NCBI GenBank assembly: GCA_965248755.1
Contig: OZ252149.1
Coordinates: forward strand, 1,888,001 to 1,952,000
DNA from: Candidatus Latescibacterota bacterium
GTDB taxonomy: Bacteria > Latescibacterota > CBDEFO01
Direction of reading: 5' to 3'
Length of the DNA: 64,000 bases
Shown: positions 49,080 to 60,540 of the stretch, piece after piece
How the letters are laid out: each line of letters begins with the position of its first letter
Numbering within the stretch: position 1 is the stretch's first letter
Position numbers and translations under genes: made by a program
Notes under the pieces: model-generated
What the model was told of the DNA's origin: nothing
Database searches by the model: none
Seen by the model: the letters and a program-made list of their open reading frames with translations, nothing else

Positions 49080-51230
49080 ATGGATGAGGCAAATACTAAG
49101 ACAAGAAATCCAGAACTTGCTGAAGACGAGTCAAGGTCTCCCTCCAGCTACACGTTGAAGGCCTTTCTTATCGGCGCGTTCTTCTCCTTTTTCCTCTCCA
49201 TCGGAGGCCCTTACGGAAACATGGCCATAAGGGGCTCTTATATGACTCTGGACTTCAGCACGCCCGGGGCACTGTTCTTGTTTTTCTTTCTGGCAGGTGT
49301 CCTCAACGTCGTATTGAAGCTTGCAGGAAGAGCGCTTCTTCCATCCCTGTTATTCTTAGCTGTTGTGGCGCTCCCCTGCGTGACCAAAGTTACCGATCCG
49401 TCTTTCCAGTTTGAGCTGGCCTCACCGGGAGTCATATTCTCAATCTTTATCCTCCTTTTAGCCTCTGTCAACGTCATCTTTGCATCTTTGGGGAAGAGCT
49501 TGAGCCTTAATCGGGGAGAGCTTTTAGTCGTCTATGTCATGATGATCGTAGCGTCCGCCATACCCACGATGGGCAACTCAGAGTACCTGCTGCCGATTAT
49601 TACGGCCGTCTTTTACTATGCCTCGCCCGAGAACGAATGGAGTTACTTCATTCACCCCCATATACCCGATTGGATAGCGCCGCGAGACCCCCACGTCATT
49701 GAATACTTCTACGAGGGTCTGCCGGAAGGAGTGGCGATCCCCTGGTCTGACTGGGCTTTGCCCCTTATGTACTGGATAGCTTTTCTTTTTGCCCTCTATA
49801 TTGTTATGATATGCACGATGGTGATTGTACGGGGGCAGTGGGTCGAAAGGGAAAGATTGATATATCCCCTGGTTCAGGTGCCTCTGGAGATGGTCAGAAA
49901 CGAGTCAGGCTCGCTCTTGAATCCGTTCTTCAAGAGTCCCGTTATGTGGGCGGGTTTTGCAATCCCGGCAATAATAAGCACTCTAAATGCTCTGCATAGA
50001 TATTACAGCTTTATCCCCAGCCTGAACCTGACAAGTTACATGTCCCTGTTTCGCAACGCTGTGGACTTCCGCTTCAGATTGAGCTTTCCGATGATCGGCT
50101 TTTCCTATCTTATCAATCTGGACATAGCCTTTTCCCTCTGGTTTTTCAATATTCTCTCAAATATTCAAAAGGGGGTATTCAGAGTCATAGGCGTTTACAG
50201 CACGGAGAATCTGGGTATATACGGCGCTGGCGGGGTGGATCCTATCCTGGCTCATCAGGGTATGGGAGCGATTATGGTCCTGGTTATATCGGGGCTCTGG
50301 ATCGGCAGGGAACACCTCAAAAATGTCTTCTCAAAGGCTTTCGGGAGAGGAAACGATGTGGACGATTCGGGGGAGATGCTCTCCTACCGAAGTGCAGTCT
50401 TCGGGACGATAGGGGGGCTGGCATTTATGACATTCTGGCTGAACGCCTCCGGTCTGCCGCTCTGGATCGCAATTCTGTTCCTGTTCGGGGCCTTTCTGAT
50501 ATTCCTCGGATTGACCCGGATCGTGGTCGAAAGCGGAGTCGCCGAAGCGGTGGCTTCTACTATATCCTCCTCATTTGTTGTGTCCGGAATAGGGTCTTCT
50601 GCACTCGGCCCTGTCGGGATGACAGCCTTAGCCTTCACTTACGTCTGGTCGGCGGACATAAGGACGTTCGTTATGGCCTCCTCTGCCAACGGTCTGAAGT
50701 TAGCTGAGGAGATAGGGAAAAATAAGAAGCCCCTCTTCTGGGCTATGATGCTGTCTATCGTCGTCAGTCTGTTAGGCTCGATCTGGATGATAATGGAACT
50801 TTCTTATAGAGAAGGAGGCATCAACCTGAACGGGTGGTTCTTCGGCCGCGGCGCCTGGGAGCCGTTCAGCTTTATTCAGAGCTATGTTAGCAGTCCTACT
50901 ACTCCCAATTGGGGAGGCTGGATCCATACAGGAGTCGGAGCCTTTATTATGGGCCTCCTTATGACCGTTCGACGCCGCTTCTTAGCGCTGCCCTTTCATC
51001 CTATCGGGTACCCCATAGGCGCGGTGTGGCTGATGGATCATGTATGGTTCAGCATCTTTTTAGCGTGGCTTCTGAAGGCTCTGATTTTGAAATACGGGGG
51101 AATTAGATGGTACAGAGGCACCCGCCCCTTCTTCTTAGGTCTGATTTTAGGGCAGTTTGTGATAGCGGGCATTTGGCTCATTATAGACTATCTTACTGGA
51201 ATGACTGGCAACGTGGTGTTCTGGATATAG
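49080..51230 (+). CDS. Polytopic membrane protein, DUF6785/DUF6784-like putative peptide transporter
   Basis: Many TM segments; QWVERERLIYPLVQVP, PFHPIGY, YGG..YR..RPFFLGLILG. Confidence 0.7.
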   Translation: MDEANTKTRNPELAEDESRSPSSYTLKAFLIGAFFSFFLSIGGPYGNMAIRGSYMTLDFSTPGALFLFFFLAGVLNVVLKLAGRALLPSLLFLAVVALPCVTKVTDPSFQFELASPGVIFSIFILLLASVNVIFASLGKSLSLNRGELLVVYVMMIVASAIPTMGNSEYLLPIITAVFYYASPENEWSYFIHPHIPDWIAPRDPHVIEYFYEGLPEGVAIPWSDWALPLMYWIAFLFALYIVMICTMVIVRGQWVERERLIYPLVQVPLEMVRNESGSLLNPFFKSPVMWAGFAIPAIISTLNALHRYYSFIPSLNLTSYMSLFRNAVDFRFRLSFPMIGFSYLINLDIAFSLWFFNILSNIQKGVFRVIGVYSTENLGIYGAGGVDPILAHQGMGAIMVLVISGLWIGREHLKNVFSKAFGRGNDVDDSGEMLSYRSAVFGTIGGLAFMTFWLNASGLPLWIAILFLFGAFLIFLGLTRIVVESGVAEAVASTISSSFVVSGIGSSALGPVGMTALAFTYVWSADIRTFVMASSANGLKLAEEIGKNKKPLFWAMMLSIVVSLLGSIWMIMELSYREGGINLNGWFFGRGAWEPFSFIQSYVSSPTTPNWGGWIHTGVGAFIMGLLMTVRRRFLALPFHPIGYPIGAVWLMDHVWFSIFLAWLLKALILKYGGIRWYRGTRPFFLGLILGQFVIAGIWLIIDYLTGMTGNVVFWI

Positions 51231-51488
51231 GAACCACAAATAAGCAGTCAGTAGACAGGGAATCGCCTTTCCTCCAAGCCCTCATTGCGCAAGCCGTCAT
51301 TGAGAGGGGCTTCATCCCTCTTGGTCATTGGAGAGGGGCTTCAGCCCGAATGATTCTATCGGGTCTTCATCCCGAAGCAATCCCCGACCCCCGATACAGT
51401 CAATCGGCGACCACTCGCCCGAGGGCATTCCTTCCCCAGTGCTGTTACTGTATGCTTTCTATCCGGTCCAACATCAGAGAGGAGATAC

Positions 51489-52955
51489 ATGAATAATAGA
51501 CGTCTGCTGTTTTACAACGATGGCCGTCACGAGTACATGTACTGCTACGACCCGCCCATGCGCATCGAAGACGCCTGGGCTCCTGTAGACGAGATAGCGG
51601 GGACGGCCGTGGATACGCTGGTGCTTGGCTTCGGTGTAGGTTCCAGTGTGTTCCACAATACCCAGGTCGGAGAGATCTGGGGAAAGCGTCTGGACGTGCT
51701 GCCGCTGGTGCATGACTGGCGTGCCTACGAAAATATTATGAGCCTGATAGACCGAGGCCTGGATCCGCTCACGCTGCTGATCGATCGGGCGCACGAAAAG
51801 GGGCTGGAGTTTTTCGGAAGCCTGCGGCTCGCCCAGGGCGGTGACCCTCGGGAGGTTGACATTCCTGATATCTCCCAGTTTGCGATCGACCACCCTGAGT
51901 TATGCCTGAAGGGAAGGGGAAAGTATAATTTTAACTTCGTATATCCGGAGGTGAGGGCCGAGCGTTTCGCCCTCATTGAGGAGACGGTCAACCGCTACGA
52001 TGTGGATGGCTTCGAGCTGGACTGGGTCTTCAACCCCATCTACATTGAAGATGAAGAAGTAGAACAGAATACGCCTATCCTGACCGAATATATGCGTGAG
52101 ATCCGGCAGACGGTTGAAAAGGCCGCCCGGAATCGTGGCCGGCCCATCGCGCTGGGTGCGAGGGTGCTGCCGGTCCTCTCTGGCAACCTGGCTGCCGGCC
52201 TGGATGTGCCGACCTGGATAAGAGAGGGACTGCTGGATTTCGTGGCGCCCAACTTCTACATAGACCATCAGATGGACTCGGATAACCCATTTGAGTGGCT
52301 CGTAGATCTGGCGCGGCCGACAGAATGTCAGGTCTATCCCCCGCTCCAGTACCGCGTCGAGAGCGCCGGGGAATGTGCGGCGAGTGTCGAACACTACCGG
52401 GCAGGGGCAGCGTCATACTGGGACAGGGGCGCCGACGGTATATACGTGCCCTGGTTCAACTGGCCTATCGGCGCCGAGCAGAGGCAGATCCTCTCCGAGA
52501 TCCACGATCCTGATCTCCTGACGGAGAAGACAAAGCATTACGTGGTAAGATGTCTTCACGAGGAAGCCGCCAGATACGGCTATACGGCCCAGTTGCCTTT
52601 GGAATTGACCGTGGGCATGGACGCCCCGGGACAGACGGTGAAGTTTTTCGTTGCGGATGATCTTGAGAGGGCGTATGCGTGCCTGAAGCTGCGGCTTATG
52701 GGTTCGACTGCGCTGGATTCTATGACTGTTAGCCTGAACGGCAAGCCGGTGCCTCCAGAGTTGTGCCGGCGGACAGAGCACCGCTACTTCTACACATGGC
52801 TGGAGTATTCGCTTCCGCGGGGGCTGCTGCACAGAGGCCACAACGAGCTGGGGGTTGCACTGCACACTCGGCCGAACAACCTGAAAGCTCATGTCAGTTT
52901 AGAGAGCGTTGAGCTGGTTGTGACGTATCCGGAAGTAAAGAGGGGCGAGCTTTAG
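51489..52955 (+). CDS. Putative glycoside-hydrolase-like TIM-barrel protein (GHL10-like)
   Basis: NFVYPEVR..R..LIEE...RYDVDGFELD, GADGIY; GAGGAG RBS. Confidence 0.6.
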   Translation: MNNRRLLFYNDGRHEYMYCYDPPMRIEDAWAPVDEIAGTAVDTLVLGFGVGSSVFHNTQVGEIWGKRLDVLPLVHDWRAYENIMSLIDRGLDPLTLLIDRAHEKGLEFFGSLRLAQGGDPREVDIPDISQFAIDHPELCLKGRGKYNFNFVYPEVRAERFALIEETVNRYDVDGFELDWVFNPIYIEDEEVEQNTPILTEYMREIRQTVEKAARNRGRPIALGARVLPVLSGNLAAGLDVPTWIREGLLDFVAPNFYIDHQMDSDNPFEWLVDLARPTECQVYPPLQYRVESAGECAASVEHYRAGAASYWDRGADGIYVPWFNWPIGAEQRQILSEIHDPDLLTEKTKHYVVRCLHEEAARYGYTAQLPLELTVGMDAPGQTVKFFVADDLERAYACLKLRLMGSTALDSMTVSLNGKPVPPELCRRTEHRYFYTWLEYSLPRGLLHRGHNELGVALHTRPNNLKAHVSLESVELVVTYPEVKRGEL

Positions 52956-53025
52956 GGGAACGGAATAAGGAAGTTATCTCCTCAAGATAAGCTTACTCAT
53001 CTGAAACGATTCATCTGCCGAAATA

Positions 53026-56000
53026 TTAGAGCCTATCCACAACAAACAGGATATCAAAAAGATTAACTATGCCATCAGCCCCATCTCCTCTTCCGTCCAC
53101 TGGATCCATAAGGAACCTTGTAACTTTATCCGATCCTGATATCACATCCGACACACCAGACTCAGAAATCCTGCTAAGAACTACATCCACCACGAAGTCC
53201 AAATCCTCTGTGCCAATCTCACCGTCAGGTGTTCCTCTGCCGGGAGGAAACTTCGACACATCCCCCATAATCCCCGTCACTGTCCGTATCATAAATCCTC
53301 CATCACCTGTTAATCCCACAAAATCAGATCCCCGCCTCCATCGTGTCACTCCTCCGATCTCATCGAAGGTCCAACTCTTGCTTGGATCAAGACCGATATT
53401 TACACCTATTGAAGGACCCGCAGCAGAAGATAACTCCATAGCCACAAACAGAGTCTGTCCTTGAGTTATTCCTACACTGACTCTGCCATCCTCAAACCTT
53501 GTGAACCCTTCTGATGCAAGCTGACTGAGACCCCCAGCAGGATCTATCACCTTGCTTGTCAACACCACGCCCGGCTCACTGCCGCTGGCATCAAAGACCT
53601 TCACCACAAAGGGATTAAGAACACCAGTGACGTTATAACTTACAGCCAAAAGACTATCCCTCAACTTCGCATCCACGCTGACCTTAACTGTATCTATCAG
53701 AATCTCAATAGCCGCCCTGTCCCCCACAGCATCAAAGGAGACAGTATCGGTTATCGCATCGATAGAAACAAAAGTAAATCCGCTAAAGAGCGTGTCTGCC
53801 TGACCATCTGGATTTGTAGGTATGACATCTACAGTACCGGCAGGATGAGCGGGAGTTGTGGCAGTAATGGTAGTCAGAGACACTACCACTACATTTGTGG
53901 CTGAGCTATCTCCGAAAGCAACAGTCGCTCCGCTTTTGAAATTGCTCCCTACTATCGTCACAGATGTACCTCCCAATTCCGTGCCAGAAGCGGGATTAAT
54001 AGATGTCACAACAGGAAGAGCAATAAAAGTGAATCCGTTCAAAAGCGTGTCTGCCTGACCATCTGGATTTGTGACTATCACATCTACTATACCAGCAGGA
54101 TGAACATGAGTTACAGCAGTAATGATGCTATCGGACAGAAAGACTACATTTGTGGCTGAGCTATCTCCGAAAGTAACAGTTGCTCCACTCTGAAAACTGC
54201 TCCCTGTTATCGTCACTGAAGAACTTCCCAATTCTGTGCCGGAAGTGGGACTAATAGATGTCACAACGGGAGGAGGTGGCACAAGGAACGGCGACCAAGA
54301 AGGATCGTTTTCATTAGCCGGGTTGTTGGTCAGATTGACCTGATTTGTCCCGTCAGCGTTCATTACGTAGATCTCGTCGTTGACATCGCGGCGTGAATAA
54401 AAGACGATCTTAGTACCGTCAGGTGACCAAGAAGGGTCAACGTCAAACGCCGGGTTGTTGGTCAGCCTTGTTGGGTTTGACCCGTCAGCGTTCATCACGT
54501 AGATCTCATTGTTGTCGTCTCGGAATGACTGAAAGGCGATCTTAGTCCCGTCAGGTGACCAAGAAGGACTCTCGTCATTCTCCGGGTTGTTGGTCAGCCT
54601 TGTTGGGTTTGACCCGTCAGCGTTCATCACGTATATCTCAAAGTTTCCATCGCGGTTTGATTGAAAGGCGATCTTAGTCCCATCATGTGACCAAGAAGGT
54701 TCAGGGTCAAACGCAGGGTTGTTGGTCAGCCTTGTTGGATTTGACCCGTCAGCGTTCATCACGTAGATCTCACCGTTGCCATCTCGGTGTGACATAAAGG
54801 CGATCTTAGTCCCGTCAGGTGACCAAGAAGGTTCACCGTCAGACGCCGGGTTGTTAGTCAGCCTTGTTAGATTTAAGCCGTCAGCGTTCATCACGTAAAT
54901 CTCATTGTTGCCATCTCGGTCTGACCGAAATGCGATCTTAGTCCCATCCGCAGACCAGGAAGGCAATTCGTCAAACGCCGGGTTGTTGGTCAGCCTTGTT
55001 AGATTTGACCCATCGGCAACCATCACGTAAATCTCATTGTTGCCATCTCGGTCTGACATAAAGGTGATCTTGGTGTTAGTAGAAAGATCACCAAAACCAA
55101 ATCCATTAAAGAGCGTGTCTACCTGACCGTCAGGATTTGTGACTATCACATCCACAGTGCCGGCAGTATGAGCGGGAGTCTTGGCGGTAATGGTACCTAA
55201 AAGCCCTACAGCTACATTTGTGGCTGAGCTATTTCCGAAAGTAACAGTCGCTCCACTCTGGAAATTGCTCCCCTTTATCGTCACAGGTGTACCGCCCGAT
55301 TCCGTGCCAGAAGTGGGATCAATAGATATTACGACAAGCACAGGGAGGAACGGCGACCAAGAAGCAGGCCCGTCGTCCGCTGTGTTGTTTGTCAAATTGA
55401 CAGGATTTGTCCCATCAGAGTTCATCACATAGATTTCACTGTTGACATCGCGATATGACCTAAAGGTGATCTTAGTTCCATCTGGCGACCAAGAAGGATT
55501 ATAGTCATTAGCACTGTTGTTGGTCAGATTAACCTGGTTTGTACCATCGGCGTTCATTACGTAGATTTCAGCGTTACCATCGCGCTCTGACCTAAAGGCG
55601 ATTTTAGTTCCATCTGGCGACCAAGAAGGATCCAAGTCATTCACCGTGTTGTTGGTCAAGTTGACAGGATTTGCTCCATCAGAGTTCATCACGAAGATTT
55701 CGTCGTCGCCATCGCGAAACGACCGAAATGCGATCTTCATGCCGTCTGGCGACCAAGAAGGATCATTTTCATTAGCCGGGTTGTTGGTCAGATTGACAGG
55801 ATTTGTCCCGTCAGCGTTCATCACGTAGATTTCATAGTCGCCATCGCGCTCTGACTCAAAGGTGATCTTAGTTCCATCTGGTGACCAAGAAGGACGGCTA
55901 TCAAACACTGTGTTGTTGGTCAGATTAACTTGGTTTGTCCCGTCTGCGTTCATCACGTAGATCTCATGGCTAACATCGCGAGTTGTCGTGAAGGCGATCA

Positions 56001-56223
56001 TAGTTCCATCTGGCGACCAAGAAGGATAATTGTCCTGCTGCGGGCTGTTTGTCAAATTGACAAGGTTTGTACCATCAGGGTTCATCACGTAGATTTCATC
56101 GCTGCTGCCATCGCGATTTGACACAAAGGCGATCTTGGTGTTGGAAAGATCTTGTGCATAGGCAGGCGCATTCAAAACGATCAGCAGTACCAAAGCGGTG
56201 TAGAAAATTGTCCATCTCATCAT
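53026..56223 (-). CDS. Secreted TolB-like PD40-repeat protein: two beta-propellers, three IPT/TIG domains, dockerin-like C-terminus
   Basis: 44-aa repeats [31 protein letters not shown]...GGT.VTI.GSNF; DG.VN..D at the C-terminus. Confidence 0.88.
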   Translation of the reverse strand: MMRWTIFYTALVLLIVLNAPAYAQDLSNTKIAFVSNRDGSSDEIYVMNPDGTNLVNLTNSPQQDNYPSWSPDGTMIAFTTTRDVSHEIYVMNADGTNQVNLTNNTVFDSRPSWSPDGTKITFESERDGDYEIYVMNADGTNPVNLTNNPANENDPSWSPDGMKIAFRSFRDGDDEIFVMNSDGANPVNLTNNTVNDLDPSWSPDGTKIAFRSERDGNAEIYVMNADGTNQVNLTNNSANDYNPSWSPDGTKITFRSYRDVNSEIYVMNSDGTNPVNLTNNTADDGPASWSPFLPVLVVISIDPTSGTESGGTPVTIKGSNFQSGATVTFGNSSATNVAVGLLGTITAKTPAHTAGTVDVIVTNPDGQVDTLFNGFGFGDLSTNTKITFMSDRDGNNEIYVMVADGSNLTRLTNNPAFDELPSWSADGTKIAFRSDRDGNNEIYVMNADGLNLTRLTNNPASDGEPSWSPDGTKIAFMSHRDGNGEIYVMNADGSNPTRLTNNPAFDPEPSWSHDGTKIAFQSNRDGNFEIYVMNADGSNPTRLTNNPENDESPSWSPDGTKIAFQSFRDDNNEIYVMNADGSNPTRLTNNPAFDVDPSWSPDGTKIVFYSRRDVNDEIYVMNADGTNQVNLTNNPANENDPSWSPFLVPPPPVVTSISPTSGTELGSSSVTITGSSFQSGATVTFGDSSATNVVFLSDSIITAVTHVHPAGIVDVIVTNPDGQADTLLNGFTFIALPVVTSINPASGTELGGTSVTIVGSNFKSGATVAFGDSSATNVVVVSLTTITATTPAHPAGTVDVIPTNPDGQADTLFSGFTFVSIDAITDTVSFDAVGDRAAIEILIDTVKVSVDAKLRDSLLAVSYNVTGVLNPFVVKVFDASGSEPGVVLTSKVIDPAGGLSQLASEGFTRFEDGRVSVGITQGQTLFVAMELSSAAGPSIGVNIGLDPSKSWTFDEIGGVTRWRRGSDFVGLTGDGGFMIRTVTGIMGDVSKFPPGRGTPDGEIGTEDLDFVVDVVLSRISESGVSDVISGSDKVTRFLMDPVDGRGDGADGIVNLFDILFVVDRL

Positions 56224-57023
56224 AGCTTTCCCTCTGCCCGCATCTTTGATCCGTACTCCTCAAGTTCGGCTTTCTCATTTGGAGTTATCGTTGTGCGTTG
56301 AGATAGGGCAGATGCTACCTCCCAGAAAAGATCTACATTTCTCAATGCCATAATCGTCATATTGACTGAATCGTTGCTTAAAACGTAGCGGTAGAAGGCT
56401 TCAGGCGCAGGATCCCCGGAATCGCTGAAGAGCTTTTCGTTGCGCGAAGCGTTCATAACGACCACGCCAGTGTTGTGTGCCACAGCGTGTGGGAAGACAC
56501 TTTCCTCAGGCTCTCTCATCGCGCAGTTATACCAGCACAAGACGGTGTCAAAGAGACCTATAGCGACTGCCTCTCCCACCTGATCCCAGTCGTGACCTGT
56601 GACACCCATGAAGCGTATAAGTCCCTCCTCCTTGGCCTTATGGAATGTCTCCATCGCGCCGTCTTTGCCTAAGGCCTGCTCGCGCTGGGATTGAATGTTG
56701 AGATTGTGCACCTGCCAGATGTCTATGTAGTCTGTCCCGAGCAGTTTCAGGGATATCTCCAGGTCTTGGCGCGCTCCTTTGGCATCGCGTCTAGACGACT
56801 TGGTAGCCAGGATGATGTCCTCCCGCCTCCCTTTGATAGCCTCCCCTATGACCTTTTCGTCTTCTCCGTCTCTGTAGAGGCGGGCGGTATCAATATAGTT
56901 GACGCCGGAGTCCAGGGCCCTTCGATAACCGTCCGCATCTTCACAGTATGCACCCCCTATGCCAAGTCGCGTAACGGTCAAACCTGTGCGGCCCAGGGTC
57001 GTTGTGGGAATATCGTAGGCCAT
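56220..57023 (-). CDS. Aldo/keto reductase
   Basis: LGRTGL.V..LG.GG, IDTARLY, LATK, LGTDYID. Confidence 0.9.
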   Translation of the reverse strand: MAYDIPTTTLGRTGLTVTRLGIGGAYCEDADGYRRALDSGVNYIDTARLYRDGEDEKVIGEAIKGRREDIILATKSSRRDAKGARQDLEISLKLLGTDYIDIWQVHNLNIQSQREQALGKDGAMETFHKAKEEGLIRFMGVTGHDWDQVGEAVAIGLFDTVLCWYNCAMREPEESVFPHAVAHNTGVVVMNASRNEKLFSDSGDPAPEAFYRYVLSNDSVNMTIMALRNVDLFWEVASALSQRTTITPNEKAELEEYGSKMRAEGKL

Positions 57024-57104
57024 CTTGATCAGAGGCTCCTTTGCGGTTTGGAGTTGGAACTAAGCAAATAGATAGCAGTCAGGGCATTTCGACCCCCATC
57101 GATG

Positions 57105-58238
57105 CTAACCACCGTCAACCGTCTCGAACCGAGCTATCCGTAGTGGCTGGATGTCGAAATGTGTCCCGCCGTCCAGAGCCATCTCCGAAAGGATCTTCCC
57201 GACTAGACTGCAGAACTTGAACCCGTGACCGGAGAATCCCGCAGCGATGATGATATCGGCACAGTCAGGATGCGTATCTATAATAAAGTCCTCATCCGGG
57301 GTCTCCGTGTAGAGACAGACCTCGCCGTGAATGGCATCGCCTGCTGCATCAGGGATGCGCTCTTTCAAAAATGCTCTAAGGTGCTCAATATATTCGGCAT
57401 CTGGCGTGCGATTGCAGGTGTCGGGCGATACCTTCTCCAGACCTATATCGTGCCGCGCTACCTTGACTCCCTCACGTCCGAAGGCAGGAAAGCCGTAGAA
57501 GAACTCGCCCCAGGTTACGTCCACAAAGATCGGGAACTGTCCTAACTGGAAGAGACTTGGATCCTTTGGGCGATAATAGACCACCTGCTGGCGCGTCACG
57601 GTCAAGGGCAGACCTAATTCACCGAGAATTTGTCCCGCCCACGGCCCTGCGGTCACAATGACTTTATCGGCTCGGAAGCGCTCCTCTTTTGTAATCACTT
57701 CGGGAGTATGCCCCTTAAAGTCGATGCCTTCAACAGATATCTCCTCTCTGACTTCCGCTCCGTGCTGTTCAGCTAATTTTAAATGAGTTAAGATGCACTC
57801 TGAGGCGTGGAGGAAGCCCGTATCCTCTTGCCAGAGGACGCTTGTTCCGTCCGGTATTTTGAATTGAGGGAACCGTTCAAAAAGTTGCTCCTTGCCCCAC
57901 CACTCTGATTCGACACCTGCCGCCTCCAAACCATCGCGCGCTGTGAGGACGTAATTGTGTCCCTCGGGAGCGATCAGCACGCTGCCGGTGGGAAAGAGCA
58001 GCTGTACTCCCGATGCTTTTTCCAGGCTGCGCCATTCTCTGTAGGCGGCCTTGGCAAGCTCAATGTAGAATTTCTTATCGTAGAACAGTCGGATGACCCG
58101 GCTGTAGCCGTGAGAACTCCCGAAGGTATGTCCCCTTTCAAATTTTTCCAGCACTAAAATTTTTGCCCCCGAACGAGCCAGATGATATGCCGCCCCACTA
58201 CCCATTCCACCTGCACCGATGACGATAGCGTCGTACAC
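57105..58238 (-). CDS. solA: N-methyl-L-tryptophan oxidase / monomeric sarcosine oxidase family
   Basis: IGAGGMGS, GSSHGYSR, CLYTETPDEDFIID, GFSGHGFKF. Confidence 0.85.
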   Translation of the reverse strand: MYDAIVIGAGGMGSGAAYHLARSGAKILVLEKFERGHTFGSSHGYSRVIRLFYDKKFYIELAKAAYREWRSLEKASGVQLLFPTGSVLIAPEGHNYVLTARDGLEAAGVESEWWGKEQLFERFPQFKIPDGTSVLWQEDTGFLHASECILTHLKLAEQHGAEVREEISVEGIDFKGHTPEVITKEERFRADKVIVTAGPWAGQILGELGLPLTVTRQQVVYYRPKDPSLFQLGQFPIFVDVTWGEFFYGFPAFGREGVKVARHDIGLEKVSPDTCNRTPDAEYIEHLRAFLKERIPDAAGDAIHGEVCLYTETPDEDFIIDTHPDCADIIIAAGFSGHGFKFCSLVGKILSEMALDGGTHFDIQPLRIARFETVDGG

Positions 58239-58754
58239 TCCTTAACCTCCTCGTAATGACTGTTATTTCTACAGAAGCCAGTAAGTTCTGTGGCATCTTC
58301 GCGACCATAAGATACCTTAAACTGGCCCGAAGATCAAGCTATTTTTGCACTGCTTCCCCAAAGATAACATCAGATTTTACTTGATTTAGAGATAAAAAGT
58401 TCGTATTGTTTATCTAAATGTACGGGCGACCGCTCCGTGGCTTGTTGCGGCCTCTGCCCTCGCCCCTAATGTGTGGCCACGGTTCTTATGCCGGAGTCAA
58501 GAAATCTAATTTCCAGTAAGGATAAGCAATCTCGTAGACAGTAGACAGGGGTTTGCTCCCCCACACGATTCTAAACTGTCCAAAAACTGTCGCAGTTAGT
58601 CCGTTATGTTACCTTGATCGCTAACGTCTTGTAGACATAAGCATTTTGTAGACATAAACATTGAGCTTCAGTCACATGTATACAGTTTGCAGGAGCAAGT
58701 CAAGAGCGAGGAGGAAGTGCCGGCACAGCTCGGAGTGCCCTCGGCGCAAAAGTC

Positions 58755-59393
58755 ATGGATAAAAATCCCGTACAGAAGGTCATTCAGTCGGTCAAGGACT
58801 TCTATGAAGAGAGTGGTATCTTCCTGCAGAAGTTCGGGTTTGGGAGGAAACCTGCGCTGGTTATTATTGACATGGCCTACGGCTGGACTGACCCGGAATA
58901 CGCCTCTGGTTCTGCACGGCTGGATGAGGCAGTGGAGGGTATCCAGCGGCTGTTGCCAGTTTGCCGGGCAAAGGATCTGCCTATCATTTACACTACTTTA
59001 CCGTTCCGCGAGGGAACAGCAGGGCCGATGCATATACAGCCTGGGGCTGACATCAGGTATCGGCCCTGGGATGCACGAGCCTGCCAGATCGACGCTCGCC
59101 TAAAGCCTAAAAACGAGGATCTCATCATCTACAAGGAATATTCCAGCGCCTTCTTTGGAACGCATCTGGCTCCATATCTGATTGAGCGCGGTGTGGACAC
59201 GCTAATTACTACCGGTTGTTCTACCAGCGCGTGTGTAAGGGCAACGGTAGTGGACGCACGCTCTTACAGATTTAGGCCCGTCGTCCCACGGCAATGCGTC
59301 CAGGACCGAGCTGCAGAGGCTCACGAGTGGAACCTCTTTGATATAGACGCCAAGTTCGGCGATGTGGTGGATAATGCTGAAGTCATAGATTAA
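58755..59393 (+). CDS. Isochorismatase-family hydrolase
   Basis: GFGRKPALVIID, K..SSAFFGT, GCSTSACVRAT, DIDAKFGDV. Confidence 0.9.
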   Translation: MDKNPVQKVIQSVKDFYEESGIFLQKFGFGRKPALVIIDMAYGWTDPEYASGSARLDEAVEGIQRLLPVCRAKDLPIIYTTLPFREGTAGPMHIQPGADIRYRPWDARACQIDARLKPKNEDLIIYKEYSSAFFGTHLAPYLIERGVDTLITTGCSTSACVRATVVDARSYRFRPVVPRQCVQDRAAEAHEWNLFDIDAKFGDVVDNAEVID

Positions 59394-59484
59394 CTTAACA
59401 GGTTGGCGGATCAATAAACTGGCCCGCATCAGAAATGTATACTGCACAAGATCTTCAAAGACGACATTCGGGAGACGTGCGCAA

Positions 59485-60504
59485 TTGAATCGAAACGCAG
59501 CGATTTTACTCCTATCTTTACTTCAGCCCTATTTTTTCAACTGTTCCAATGCCACAGGTCCGTCTGATCCTGTTAGATATAATGGCTATCAAAGGGGCGT
59601 GTCTTTCTCCTGCTGGGAGTACTACTGCCTTACGGGCGAAAGCGCAGAAGGAGTTTTAAATGAGATTGCCTCCATCGGAGCAAACTGGGTCTCTCTGACC
59701 GCCACATGGTATCAAAACACTCCGAACTCGAGTCGCATACACAGAGACAGCAGAAAGACCATCTCCGACGACTACCTGCAGGAGACAATTGACTTGGCTC
59801 ACCAGATCGGCCTAAAGGTCATGCTGAAACCCCATGTGGACGTCCTGGACGGGACGTGGAGGGGACACATTGCACTCCGGGAGTCCCAGGATATAGAAAG
59901 ATGGTTTTCCAGCTACAAGGAATTCATCTTGCACTACGCAAAGATCGCATCAGAGCATAACGTGGAACAGTTCTGTATCGGCACAGAGTTTGTGGGGATG
60001 AGCGCATTTGCCTCACACTGGAGGGGGATCGTAAGGGATGTGAGGGGACATTTCAGGGGCGATCTGACGTATGCCGCCAACTTTGACGAGTATCAAGAGA
60101 TAGGATTCTGGGACGAATTAGACTACGCGGGGATCAACGCTTACTTCCCCCTGACAGAAAGAGCAGACGCCCCTTTCGGGGAGATAATAGATGGATGGGA
60201 AAGGTGGGCAGATAGCATAGAGGTCTGGCAGGCGGAAGTCGGAAGAAAAGTTGTCGTAACGGAGATCGGTTATTCTGTCTGGGACGGAACCAGCGTTGAG
60301 CCGTGGACCGTTCCCGAAGGGGCCAGAGAAGACCTTCAGGAGCAGGCCGACTCCTACAGAGCCGCTCTATCAGTGCTTTCTGCGAGTGCCTGGCTCGAAG
60401 GCATCTTCTGGTGGAACTGGGTCGATCTTGACTACTCCCCTAAGGGCAAGCCTGCGGAGGCCGTATTAGTCGACTTCTGGAAAGACGTGATACCTATGCC
60501 TTGA
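59485..60504 (+). CDS. GH113-like glycoside hydrolase
   Basis: GLKVMLKPH, IGTE, TYAANFDE, GINAYFPL, TEIGY, GIFWW, PKGKPAE. Confidence 0.82.
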   Translation: MNRNAAILLLSLLQPYFFNCSNATGPSDPVRYNGYQRGVSFSCWEYYCLTGESAEGVLNEIASIGANWVSLTATWYQNTPNSSRIHRDSRKTISDDYLQETIDLAHQIGLKVMLKPHVDVLDGTWRGHIALRESQDIERWFSSYKEFILHYAKIASEHNVEQFCIGTEFVGMSAFASHWRGIVRDVRGHFRGDLTYAANFDEYQEIGFWDELDYAGINAYFPLTERADAPFGEIIDGWERWADSIEVWQAEVGRKVVVTEIGYSVWDGTSVEPWTVPEGAREDLQEQADSYRAALSVLSASAWLEGIFWWNWVDLDYSPKGKPAEAVLVDFWKDVIPMP

Positions 60505-60540
60505 GCGGTTATCGGCTACCTTAACCTTACGGAGTTTGCC

